A stretch of DNA of 64,000 nt from positions 42,408,001 through 42,472,000 of the forward strand of contig CM022665.1 of the NCBI GenBank assembly GCA_012295275.1, in the 5' to 3' direction. The DNA comes from Chrysomallon squamiferum. Taxonomy: Eukaryota; Animalia; Mollusca. A program made the translations under genes and the position numbers. The notes under the pieces are model-generated. The model had not been told where the DNA came from, searched no databases, and saw only the letters and a program-made list of their open reading frames with translations. Positions 42,404-56,352 of the stretch are shown here, one piece after another (the first letter of the stretch is position 1; each line of letters opens with the position of its first letter).

Positions 42404-43874
42404 CATCAAAGTTTACAAATTCATACTTTCCATATATTCACCACTAAATCTACATTAGCTGATAAATATGTCACTTGTACCATGTATTAAAGTTACAGTT
42501 GATTTACGTCACAGTTACATCATGTTAGTAAATTTATCATAATTAATATGTACAACAGTTTACGTCATTTTTGTACGTCACGTTAGGTTACTTTTCCTCC
42601 ATTACCGCAATATTACGTTTACTGTTTTACCATATTTTCAGACCACACACACACACACGCGCGCGTATTAATGTTATCAAGTGTCAGTTATACTGTCATA
42701 TTTACTGTCACAAGCAAAAATAAGCATATCACAGTTACCGCGTGTCACTTGTGACATAACTTGTTCAGAAGTTAGCATACCTCAAATTACTGTATGTCAC
42801 AGTTGTACCATGAGACAATTATTACGTGTTGTGTGTTACTACGGTTTCATTTGCCATTTTTCTCTGTCACTGTCACCATGCCTCACAAGTCAACCTTACG
42901 TACACGTCATTATTACAATGTGTCACAAGTCAATCCATACGTCACAAGTCGATACATACGTCACAATCATCGTGTCACATTTAACACACGTCACGATTAC
43001 GTAACGGATGACAAGGGATGGCCACGGAGTGTAGTTCTATTCCAGTTAATTTTAATATTGTTACTGTCGTAAATTGGCCGCTTGTGCTCATGTGTTTATC
43101 ATCTCGACGTGAAAATGAATCTAATTTAGCGCGCGCTGATCGGCTGGGGTACAGTGCGTACTGCCGAAGTATTTCAATTCAATTTTCCTGTCTACCCTCC
43201 AACCCGCGACTTCCCCCTCCACCAGTAACCTCTTGACTTCTTCCGTCATTACTTATTTATTTGAAATTGTCGATAAAGCACATTATTTGTTGATTTTTTA
43301 TTACTTTTATTTATTTATATATTTATTTATTTAAAAAAAAAAAAATTAATTTAATAATGACAGAGTGGTCGTTTTTACTATTAAAATGTAATAAATAAAT
43401 AAACTTATGAAGATTGATTAATTGGGGAAAAGGTATTAATTGTAAAATAATTACGGCGTAGTAATAATAACTGACGCACTATTTTCTATACCCGGTCTAC
43501 TTGACCTGCACGAGGGCGAGAGTCCGAATGTTCGCGTGCAATCAACGTGAGGCAGTCAGTGGTCAAAGTGCAAACCAATCAATAAAGCTGTATGCAAAGC
43601 CGCAGGCTAACGTCATCTTTTTTTTTTTTTTTTTTTTTTCTACTTCGTCGTCTTCTTTTTTTTTTTTCTTTTTTTTACCGTTCTTACTTGGCGAATAATA
43701 ATTTGAAGAAAATTTACACCTGGCTGCATTTCGAGATTTGGAATTAGTACAGACTGGATGAGTTCAATGTAATAGCCCTGACAGTAAATTGATATTTAGT
43801 CAAAATGTAATCTTATAGAGTTCACTGACAAAATAATTATTCTCATGAGACTTCCATTTTTTTTTTTTTTTTTT

Positions 43875-43906
<32 letters not shown>

Positions 43907-44275
43907 GTTTTTGTGTGTGTGTGTGTTGTTGTTTTTTTTTTTCTTCTTTTTCATATGTGTGTGGGTCTTTACGACTATAGATATTGGCATATATTTTCTT
44001 TTTTTTTTAAATTTTAAAATTTATTTACTTATTTGTTTTTATTTTTTTTTTTTTTTTTTTTTTTTATACCTGTTTTTGGTTGTTTATTTTTACTATTAGT
44101 GGAAGGGGTTATTATTTATTATTATTATTATTTTTTTTTTTTTTTTTCTGTTTGTATTTCTTATTCTGTTTAATATATCTTCTAAAGATAAATATTTTTA
44201 TTTTTAAAAAAATATATATATATAAAAAAATGATGACCAATACTTTATATATAATAATAATAAAATAATATAATA

Positions 44276-44316
<41 letters not shown>

Positions 44317-45082
44317 AGAATAATAGTAAATAAATGATTTGAAAGTACAGATTTATTTTTCTGCGAGATAACCAGTTTCTCTATACCACACACCTACATT
44401 CACTGCATGTCGAAATCAGTGCCTCCTTTTATTGATTAAATCTGAGAAGCCGCAGCTGCTGGCCAGACTGACCACTGGTTGACCACTGGTCACTCAGAAT
44501 GATGGACATTGGCTGTTGACTTCCAGTAATAATGACCATTAGGGCGGCGACCAATGATCGACTAACTAACCGGAAGACCGCAACACGCCTTTTCTGAATG
44601 GTGATTTGCGACCGAAAATATAATCCCTCAAGAGATCTTCTTTCTATTTTTACTGTACCATTCATAATTATTCTGTCTAATAGTATTTTTGTTGATAACT
44701 GTTATCGCTAGTCCCTAAAGAAACATAGGACCTACTGAACTCCAAAATATACAAACCTATATTACGTTTTAATACAATTTAGGATCAAAATATTACATTA
44801 GGTTTTTAAAATTTTATTTAAAATTTTGTCTCTATACTAATAGGTGTTGTAGTCATAATTTGGATATTCTCTAAGCATATAATAATTCTATTAGCCGACT
44901 GCAGTAACATTTTTTTAGTGTTTTAATAATAGGCTCAAGGTTGAAACACCTTTGAAATTGACTCGAAATTTGGCACAAAATGGCCGTTAGTATGTCAGAG
45001 TTAATATTAGATTGACATCAGGTAGTTTTGATAAATAAATCATAAAATATGTTTTAAATATTGTTTCACATTAAGTGTTGTA

Positions 45083-45177
<95 letters not shown>

Positions 45178-46680
45178 CGTTATCGTCGTCTTCTTTTTTT
45201 TTTTTTTTTTATTTCAATATATCCTATCGAGGTTATAACATTATCAGAGTAATCTCATTTTCTTACTTTTCTCATTTTCTAAATGAGATTTAAATAAAGC
45301 TGTGGATTATCGAAAAACGAGAATGAGAGACAGTGACAGAAATAGAAAGAAAAAAAAAAAAAACAACCTCGAAAAAAAATGGAAAGCCATAGCAAATGGC
45401 AAGAATGTTTGACTTAATGCTCAGTGTGAGCAATCGTTGTTGCTATGGACAATATAAAAGCTGTGTTTTCGAGAGATTTTTCTCATCATGCTGGCCGAGT
45501 ATGTCTTCAAGATGTTCGTATTGATTTTATCATCGTATCACTTTCTCAACTGCAGGGTTGGAGGGTGTTTTTTTTCTGTCTTGATCTTGCTGACATTTTT
45601 CCCCGTGATGACCACTGAGCAACCAGGATCTAATAAGATTTTCATCAAACCTCCCAGGCCCAAATTGGATTCCAAGTCAATCATCGAAAAAATTGCGTCT
45701 TACTCTGCACTAATGATTCCCAAGCTGCCTTCATGTAGCGGTCACTGCTAAAAAAAAAAAAAAAAAAAAGAAGGAGAAAAAAAAAGCCTCCAGTGGGTTT
45801 TCAGCAAATCAAAGAAAAAGCTAACCTGCAGAATGGCTCGGCCGGCGATGGAAGAAGGACAGTTGGCCGCGTCTATTGCATTACGTGATCCAGGCACGCG
45901 CAACTCAAGCGACTGTCGGCTGCTGCAAGAGAAGCAGACGACCAACCAACTACCTACCCACCCTAGTGCCAGTCGATGGAAGCAAAGTCAATCAGGTTAC
46001 CAGGGCAACTAACCTGTTGGATTCGTTTTCAAATAAAAAAGAAAGAAAGAAGAAGAAAAAAAAAAAAAAAAAAAAGAATTAAGAGAATAATAAAGAAAAA
46101 AAAAAAATAAAGAAGATGAAGAATGAAAAAGACGATCAAAATTATATATCTGATAAACGTGCGGGAAAATAACGTGAGGGACAAAACGACAGAGAACAAA
46201 AAGAGAAACATGCAAACGTAAATATAATAAGACAAACAATTAGAATAAGATTTAAAAAGAAGAACAGAAAAATTAAGTAATGATCAGACCTTTGTGTTAT
46301 TAGAATGTTTTCAACAAATTCATTCACAAAAATGCTAACAAGCGATACCAACCTGTGCATAGAGCTTCTGTCACGAGCCATTTCTGTTTTGTTTTGTTGT
46401 TTTGTTTTCTGATGATTATTATTTAGGTTGTTAAATTCCCCTTTGACTCTTTTTTTTACAAGTGCAGTATGACACGTTTAAGAAATTTCCATGTTGTAAT
46501 GAGATGACTTGAAGGCTGCAGTGTTCTTGTGTTAATGTATTTTTAAACAGGGTTACGATCTTCAGTCCTGTATGACAAAATGATTGTTATTGACGGTGTA
46601 ATGAGGAATGATGAATGATGTCATGATACAAAGTAAGCACAAACAGTGGAGAAATCATTATCTTGTTTCTATTAGTTCAT

Positions 46681-46717
<37 letters not shown>

Positions 46718-47167
46718 GAAATCATACACACAGATATCGTACATACATACATACATACATTCATTGATATATACATTCCTATATTAATTCATGTATAAAA
46801 ATACAAAACATTTTTATTTATTTATTTATTTATTATTATTATCTTTTTAATTAAAACGAAAATCCCTAACTTTATGTACTATATCCAGTGTATTGTTTTG
46901 TCTGTAGACTGGTACACGTGCATAATGTAAGCGAACGACTTGTTTTTGTGTTAATTTATCGCAACTCAAAGCGGTGTTTGGTTTTTGTCACCGGTGTCGA
47001 CGAATCGCGACACTACTCACCAATTTCTCCTTTCTTTTCTCGGATAATTTTTTATATTATAAATGCGAAGAAAGGAATGATTCGTTATTGATTTTTTAAA
47101 ATATATTTAGTTAAATGAATACATTTGTATGGGTGTGTTTTGAGTGTATGATGTGCGTGCGTGCGTG

Positions 47168-47201
<34 letters not shown>

Positions 47202-47827
47202 AATACGTCCACTCATCATTTTCTAAATTTCAAATTCGTGTTTATAAGACCAGAAATTTTCTTTAAACAACTCCCAGCTGGTTTTCACGACTCGCACAGT
47301 TTGACCCACAAACAACAAAGCCTCTTGTACTTAACCTCAGTAATTATCTTACCTACATTTTTGTTTTCTTTTCTTTTCTTCTTGTTCTATTTTTATTTTA
47401 TTATTATTATTATTATATATATATTTTTTATCTATATCATACAGCTGTAGACATAAAAGGACAGAAAACTCGGCGAAGCGGGGACGTCGAATGATTAGAG
47501 AACGAGTTATTTTCAAACAACTCGGGTAGTGGGCATTTCGTCAGCCGACGTTCAAAGCGGTACGAACCGGATCTGACCTGTCAGACGTAAATATCGTCTG
47601 CCTTTGATTAACGCGATGTTGTCCAGACGCATAACAGTGGCCGTTTTCTGCATGGTCGGAGACGGCGTCTTTAAGAAATGAGGGAGGGGTGGAGAGAAAA
47701 TAAAAAACAGAGGAAAAAGTTGGTTAATTTTGTTAAAGTTGGTTAATGTTCACAACTATATTTGTTTGTTTCAAAACGAGGGTGTTATTTATTTATTTAT
47801 TTATTTTTATTTATTTTTTTTATTTAT

Positions 47828-47872
<45 letters not shown>

Positions 47873-47946
47873 CCCTCTGTCTCTCCCCCTCTGTCTCTCC
47901 CCCTCTGTCTCTCTCCACCTCTCTCTCTCTGTCTGTCTGTCTGTCT

Positions 47947-47995
<49 letters not shown>

Positions 47996-48581
47996 CACAC
48001 TTTCTCACTCTCTCACTGTGTCTCTCCCTCCCCCTCTCTCTCTCTCTCTCTCTCACTCTCTCTCACACTCATATATAATACATACACACACACACTCACG
48101 CACACTCATAAATACATACATAAAAATGCCTCTCGAAAATGTATGCATATACATTTGTTGCTGAAGTGCATTCATATGAATAACGATTTTAGTACACACA
48201 TACTTTTATCTTGAACTATTCGCTCAAATAAGCTCCGATAATAAAAAAATCATAAAATAATTCTGAAATTATGTACGTATGCATATCATGCATTTGATGA
48301 TGGAAAAGTAATCCATCCCAACGGCCGTATATTAATCATAATAAATGATAATTTGGGTCGTCGGTGTAAAAGTACTTGTTTTATGGTGAACCCAGACTTA
48401 GTACACACATACATACATATATATATATGTATATATATATCTATATATACATATATGTATATATATATCTATATATACATATATATATATATTTGTGTGT
48501 TCGAGAATATAAAGCCATATGCTTTCGTTTCCATTAATATAATAACACATCTTTTTAGTTTATATCTCAGTGCGCGTTATA

Positions 48582-48616
<35 letters not shown>

Positions 48617-48617
48617 G

Positions 48618-48652
<35 letters not shown>

Positions 48653-49384
48653 ATATGTATATATATATATAAATATAATGTATATATATGTATACCTATA
48701 TATCTATATGAATGTATGCATGTACGTATGTATCTATATCTGTATACTTATATGTATATATCTGTGTGTGTATTTATGTAGGTATGTTTGTGGGCATGTA
48801 TGTGTATGCACACACACACACGCACGCAGACACACACACAAGTACGAGTGTACCTATGTATCTACGTATGTTTGTACCCATGTACCTATGTACACTTTCA
48901 GATGTTTGTACCTATGTACCTATGTAATCTTACATGTGTCTGTGTATTTTCATATACGTCCTATTTTGTTTTCTTATTTTTTTTTTTTTTTTTTTTTTCT
49001 TGTTAGGTTTAGACGTACAATATGAGCTGCATACATGAATGTTTTATTAATACAACATCGAGCACACAGTGCACCATAGAACACAGACAAAACGAAATGC
49101 ATTATTCAGGAAAAAGGTATAAACACGTCGTACATACGTACATACATACATACATTCAGACAGACAGACAGACAGACAGACGTACCGAGACAAAGAAGAG
49201 CTAGTTACGTCTGAACATGTTTCTTTCAACAATAGATCTCCAGAGAAAGCAGTTTTCGAGTGGAGAACGAGAAATGAAAGAACACGCTAATTGTGTGATT
49301 ATATATATTCTAGTTCATAGACACACACACACACACACACACAGAAACATGTCTATAAATACAAAGTCATACAGCAATGTAATA

Positions 49385-49650
49385 ACATTATAACGATGAA
49401 AATGTGTATTCAATATCTAACAACGTTATAACAGTAAAAAAGTATAGTCGATAACTAACAATATTATAACAATAAAAATGTATAGTCAATATCTAACAAC
49501 GTTATAACAGTAAAAAAGTATAGTCGATAACTAACAATATTATAACAATAAAAATGTATAGTCAATATCTAACAACGTTATAACAGTAAAAATGTATAGT
49601 CAATATCTAACAACGTTATAACAGTAAAAATGTATATTCTAAAACTAACA
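49385..49650. repeat. 38/39-bp minisatellite with a 77-bp dimer period
   Basis: ctaacaacgttataacagtaaaaaagtatagtcgataa alternating with ctaacaatattataacaataaaaatgtatagtcaatat. Confidence 0.9.
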
Positions 49651-49783
49651 TTTAAGACACACACCCACACACAACAACAACAACGTTATAACAGTAACAC
49701 TGTAATTAACTTGTAACACAGGCACACGTAGAAATATCCATAAATACAAACACACACACACGCACACGCACACATATACATAC

Positions 49784-51225
49784 CAGTAACAGTGTATATA
49801 CAGTAGCTAACATACACACATAACAAACAGTAACAATGTATATACAGTAGCTAACATACACACATAACAAACAGTAACAATGTACATACAGTAGCTAACA
49901 TACACACACAACAAACAGTAACAATGTACATACAGTAGCTAACATACACACATAACAAACAGTAACACATACAGTAGCTAACATACACACACAAACAACA
50001 AACAGTAACAATGTATATACAGTAACTAACATGTACACACACATACACACAAACAGTAAACATACAGTAGCTAACATACACACATACAAACAGTAACAGT
50101 GTATATACAGTAGCTAACATACACACATAACAAACAGTAACAATGTACATACAGTAGCTAACATACACACATAACAAACAGTAACAGTGTACATACAGTA
50201 GCTAACATACACACATAACAAACAGTAACAATGTACATACAGTAGCTAACATACACACAGATAACAAACAGTAACAATGTACATACAGTAGCTAACATAC
50301 ACACATAACAAACAGTAACAGTAACAGTAGTGTAACAAACAGTATACTAACATATACACACATAACAAACAGTAACAATGTAATACAGTAGCTAACATAC
50401 ACACACATAACAAACAGTAACAATGTACATACAGTAGCTAACATACACACACACATAACAAACAGTAACAATGTACATACAGTAGCTAACATACACACAC
50501 ATAACAAACAGTAACAATGTATATACAGTAGCTAACATATACACACATAACAAACAGTAACAATGTACATACAGTAGCTAACATACACACATAACAAACA
50601 GTAACAATGTACATACAGTAGCTAACATACACACATAACAAACAGTAACAATGTACATACAGTAGCAAACAGTAACATTCACACATAACATAACAAACAG
50701 TAACAATGTATATACAGTAGCTAACATTCACACACATAACAAACAGTAACAAACATACAAGCTAACATACACACATAACAAACAGTAACAATGTACATAC
50801 AGTAACAAACAGTAACAATGTACATACAGTAGCTAACATACACACATAGCAAACATTCACACACAGTAGCTAACAAACGGTAACAAACAGTAACAATGTA
50901 CATACAGTAGCTAACATACACACATAACAAACAGTAACAATGTACATACAGTAGCTAACAACATTAACACACATAACATAGACACAGATAACAAACAAAC
51001 AGTAACAATGTAACAAACATACAGTAGCTAACAACACATAACAAACAGTAACAATGTACAAACGGTAACAATGTACATACAGTTAACATACACACACATA
51101 ACAAACAGTAACAATGTACATACAGTAGCTAACATACACACATAACAAACAGTAACAATGTACATACAGTAGCTAACATACACACATAACAAACGGTAGC
51201 AGTGTACATACAATAGGTAACAGTG
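49784..51225. repeat. ~44-bp minisatellite, ~30 copies
   Basis: Unit acagtaacaatgtacatacagtagctaacatacacacataacaa; explains all minus-strand ORFs between 49851 and 51213. Confidence 0.96.
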
Positions 51226-51470
51226 TAAACTTGTGACAGCAGGTTACTGTGTCGTCGTTAATTACTAAGGACAAGTGTCAGTTTAAAGTGGTCATCACAT
51301 CTGACCGAATTCTACGTCCAGGTGAATTCGGCCGCGTGATGTGACCAGACAAAAGTTGTGGAGACGTATCGAATGACTCGACTGAAAACTTAACAAAAGC
51401 CTAACTGTGCTTTTCATTTAAACATTTCGCCCACCTGTTGGGAATTGTTTACAGCCCGAGTGACCACAGT

Positions 51471-52014
51471 AGGCGCGGATCCAGAAAGAGTTGACGGGAG
51501 GGGTGGGGGGGGGTAGGGTTTGGATCAAGTAGCAGTAACGTGCGTGTGTGTTTGTGTGTATGTACATTGTATATATGTAGGTATATCTGTATGTTATAGT
51601 TGTATGTTTTATGTATGCATGTATGTATGTACGTATGTAATATATGTGTGTATGTGTGTGTGTGTGTGTGTGTGTGTTTGTGTTTTACAGAGGTGGACTT
51701 AGATATAAATATTAAGTCAGAGAGGTTTTTTTCATCATTAATCTATATCTCGTTTCAACTAATACTAATAACTAATACATCTATGTTCTTTTTTTTTTGT
51801 TGTTGTTTGCTATCTGTGGGAAGGTAGATATTAAAAATTCCTTACTGCTAATCGATTACTCCAATAAGTACAATTACAAAAGCGGGTTTATTCTCTTTAA
51901 ATTTCTCTTTTATAAACCTTATAAATAAATATGACACAGGAAAAATACAACGTAAATCATTGTTGAGCATAGACTCATTTCACCCGCCTCTTATAAACAC
52001 GTGGATCCGGCCCT
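51471..52014. mobile_element. Degenerate MITE with GGATCC-containing terminal inverted repeats
   Basis: AGGCGCGGATCCA at 51471 followed by a G-run, and TGGATCCGGCCCT at 52002-52014. Imperfect 13-bp inverted termini; no clear TSD. Confidence 0.45.
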
Positions 52015-52357
52015 TGTCCAGGGCAGTAATGAACTATGACCGATAAAAAATAAATAACAGTAACAAATGCCCAACACGCCATAAAAGGAATAAAAACATG
52101 TATTATGTGGGTACACGACAAGGATTCATTCAAGTTTTATTTAGATACGTATCTTCGTTTCAAAGACGTTCTGACAGCTGAAAGCCGTTGTGTCAAAATA
52201 AAACGAAATAATGAACAGTTAAAATAGAGAAAGAAAAAAAAAATTACTGTCGTGATTTTTAATAATGAAAAAAAAAAAAAAGAAACAAAGAAATAAATAT
52301 AGGTCTGTCGAGAAATAAACAAATTGTAAATTTGAAACGCATAGAAATATATATTTT

Positions 52358-52425
<68 letters not shown>

Positions 52426-52598
52426 ATATAGTGTGTTAAATACGTATGTTGAATTAAATATTTAATTCGTTAATTAGAAACTATAATTCAAATATATATA
52501 TAAAAATACACATACACACATACACACTCATTCTCTACACATACTTAAATAACATACACAACAAACACATACATGATACAAACACCCATACATGCGCG

Positions 52599-52635
<37 letters not shown>

Positions 52636-53021
52636 AGACATGTAAGATTTGGCACATAAATATTACATTAGTCAGATAAGAGCGATCCCACCTAGCTGTA
52701 CATGTACTGTTACCGCAGGCGATGTAATATCTGATATATGTTTATTGGTCTATATTTTATATGCTTTACCCCACAGACAGGAAAATGCATATCACGGGCC
52801 TTTGATAATTCAGTCATAGCGAACTGGCTGCAGAGTATTATGAGGTGTCGACCGAGGCGAATCGATCCCAAGAACTATTATGCCTTAGGACACACTTCTT
52901 CTTCTTTTTTTTTTTTGTTTCATACTTTATTAAATGAGAAACGTTTGAGGGTGATTTGTCATGTGACAGATTTGTCTTTTAAGCAGAACAGCAGCAGTGC
53001 GTGTGTACGTTTGTATATAAG

Positions 53022-53055
<34 letters not shown>

Positions 53056-53602
53056 TTATTTCTTCTTATTATTATTTATTGTCAAAATATTATTTTTAGA
53101 ATTTTTTTTTTCTTGCCAAGAAAATTAAATAATAATTATCTCATTTTTCGTCAGTTAATTTACGTTAATAACTTGTACATTTTTTTTATTTTTTTATATA
53201 TATAATACAGTCATTCATACGTATATCTAAATGCGTCTGTCTGCTGTCTATGTTTAAATTGCATTTATTTGCTAATGGCGGTCCCACTTGGAAATCCACA
53301 TTTCCGTTGATCCGCTCTCGGAATAATTCGGCAGGTGATCGGAATCGTACGAAGAGATATAGTCCAAAGTACATGACTTCGTTAACGTTATCAAAGACTA
53401 AACTGCGGTTGCCGAATTAGTTACTACATACTTGTATAGCAAAACAGCCGATCTTCAGTGAATGTTCCTAAATGTTTCTATAAATAAATAAAAAAAAAAA
53501 AAAAAAAAATAAAAATTTATTCAATGAAAAGCAAAGGTTGTTCTGATTCCGCATTTTACGTACACACAAAATGGCAACGTACTTAATTTTAACATAAACG
53601 AG

Positions 53603-53661
<59 letters not shown>

Positions 53662-55289
53662 TGAGCAACTGCATTGATTTGTATTAATCGGAATTAGAAA
53701 AATGTAAAACACTGAACGAGAAATGTACAGTTTACAAAGAAATAATCTCATTTGTGATTAATTACTGCTATACATTACAACAGGCTTAGTGATAAATAAA
53801 TAACAAGTACGTAGACAAACAAATAAAAATATGTTTAGTGACAGAAAAATAAATTATTTAACTCAATTCATGACAAATCGTTACGGAATATAAATCAGAA
53901 AATAATTATACTTTGAGCAAATCTATTGGAGTTTTTCTAGATTATGGAATCAGGTATTAACCGAAAATGGATTTGTACTCTGTGATAACGCAGACGCTTT
54001 TCATTATTTATTTGTTTGTAAGGTTTCGTTTTTTGTCTTGGACTGTGTTGTATGGGTAGGTTAATAACGAAGAATTTTATTTACCAGTATAAAACCCAAA
54101 ATGTAACATGCTGCGTATATTTTCAAAAATTATTATTATTATTTTTTTTTTTTTTTTTAACAGTCCGCCATTCTTTGCCATTAATAAAGGAGAACAATAA
54201 AATAACAAGCTCGTAAAGCCACAGTATTTTTTAATTTTTAATTTTTATTTTTTTTTCATTTATTTGATACAACAACATTTTGACACATTTCAGGACTCAT
54301 TAATTAATTGAGAAAAAACGTTTCCGCCACAGCGAGGGTTATTCTTACGAATTATCAGGTGGAATGGGAAACAGGTCAGTTAGAAAGTCTGGTTTCGTGA
54401 CCCGTCCTGTCTGACGAGATATAATCCAAACAACTGTAACCGTCTCCTATCTTTTAAATAAGTGCTTTTGAAGATACCAGGATTGATGATTGCTTTGGGG
54501 TGGTTTTTTGTGTGTGTATTTTTTTTATTTTTTTTCTTGAGGTGGGACTGACTGGCTGTATTTCTCTATGAGTTTTTGTTGGTGTTTTTTTTTAGCGGTT
54601 TTTGTGTGTGTGGGTGTGGGTGTGTGGGTGTGTGTGTGTGTGCGTGCGTGCGTGGGGTATAGTTTTTGTGTTCTTTTGGAAGGTCTAGAAAGAAAAGAAA
54701 CAAAAAAGAAAGCAAGTAAGAATATGTTTGTTCCATAAATAATTTGATTTATTAAATAAACTGAACTTCATTAATGTAAATTAAGCATTTAATTTTGTTG
54801 ATAATATTAATAAATAATTTTTAACTTTGAATTAAATAAACAGCTCTGTGCAGAAATGAATATCATTTATAAACTGATCGAATCCCAAACAGCTTTAACA
54901 AGTATATGAAGAATTTTGATTCTCACATCTCCATACGATTATTTCGCGAAAACAAAAACAAGAAGAAAAGAATTAATGAACAGCGACAACAATAACGGAA
55001 AGAAAAATCACACGCAAAATAAAGAAACTATTAAATTTAAGAATAATAATAATAATAATTAATCTTTGATACAGTGTTACACAGCTCGGCCGAAGCGTGG
55101 AGGTTTGTAGGATCAAATTTACTCAGTACACGAGTTCAGACATTTCCCATTCTGCTCAGTACACAATTACTGGTTTGTCACAATTTGAGGCGTGTTACGT
55201 TTTGTTACGTTTTGTTTTTTGTTTCGTTTTTTCCTCTTTCTCTCTCTGTGCGTAGGTTAATAAATAAAAATGTAAAAATCACTGCAACC

Positions 55290-55575
55290 TGAGGGAAAAC
55301 AGAAACCTAGAGTATACCAGTAGTTCTCGGCTTTTAACACATTCACACACAGACACACATAATAAAGGTCAAATATTAATAGACTTAAAACACATACTAC
55401 TGTCATAAAATAAATATTCCCCTTAAAATGAAAAAAAAAAAAAAAAAATGAAAATGAAAATATTGCATCAAATTTGAAAAATCTGTCTCTTCAGCATAAC
55501 AAAATAAGCTCATCTTGGCAGACATTAAATCAGAGATGAGGCCAGCACTCTAACCACTGCACCACACCAGACTGG
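55290..55575 (-). mobile_element. Possible eroded tRNA-derived SINE
   Basis: Minus strand ctggtgtggtgcagtggttagagtgctggcctc (55571-55539) resembles a Pol III A-box/tRNA head. No B-box or cloverleaf seen. Confidence 0.3.
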
Positions 55576-56214
55576 TCATGTGAGGACAGTCATTTATATA
55601 ACACTTAAACTCGATATCTCCATGACGACATCGAATGTGTACTATCCTCTTTTTCATACCCGGTGCACAAAATCATTAATTCGTTTGTACTTAATTTATA
55701 CGTCTCTCGTTAACGTGGTAATGGCGTTATTGCGTTAGACTTCTATTGTTCGCTGTTACATAACACAGCCAGTGTGTGGGCACAAAATGTTAATTACGTG
55801 TAACAGCAGAATCTACTTCATATTTCACCCTCGAAGGGCAGCGAGATTAATTTCAGACACACGTATCCCTTACTGCAACAACCCCGACAGTTTGAAATAT
55901 TGTTCGAGCAGAAACCCACCAAAGCTGAGGTAGATTTGTCAGTGTGCAGGATGCATCTCTGGGGTTAGGAAAAGCAGGGGCCTATAAATTTCAGTGTTGT
56001 TGTTATATAACTTTACTTCGTTTTAAAATGCTTCACAGATGAATACAATACGTTTTCGTCGTCTAACCATGTCGAAACGTGTCGTAGCTTGGGGCCTCGC
56101 TAAATTTAAACATTTCCTTGTTTAGGGCATGGCCGCGTCTGCATTTTTATTAGTTTTACTGTATATTGATTTATTTATCTTTCATAGGGTATGTCCGTGT
56201 CTGTGTCTGTATCC

Positions 56215-56352
56215 TTCAGGGTTTAGAGTATGACCTTGGCTACTTTTTTCATAGTTTAGAGTATGATTTCTATATTTTTCATAGTTTAGAGTATGACCGT
56301 ATCTATATTTTTCATTGTTTAGGATGTGACCATGTCCACGACTTTCATAGTT
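56215..56352. repeat. ~31-34 bp degenerate repeat, 4 copies
   Basis: ttttcatagtttagagtatgac recurring. Confidence 0.75.

Noticed and set aside
47730-51213. Many 60-150 aa ORFs
   Set aside because: Translations of CT, TG and TA microsatellites and the 44-bp minisatellite.
55535-55575. tRNA gene
   Set aside because: Only an A-box-like head; no T-arm/B-box or cloverleaf.
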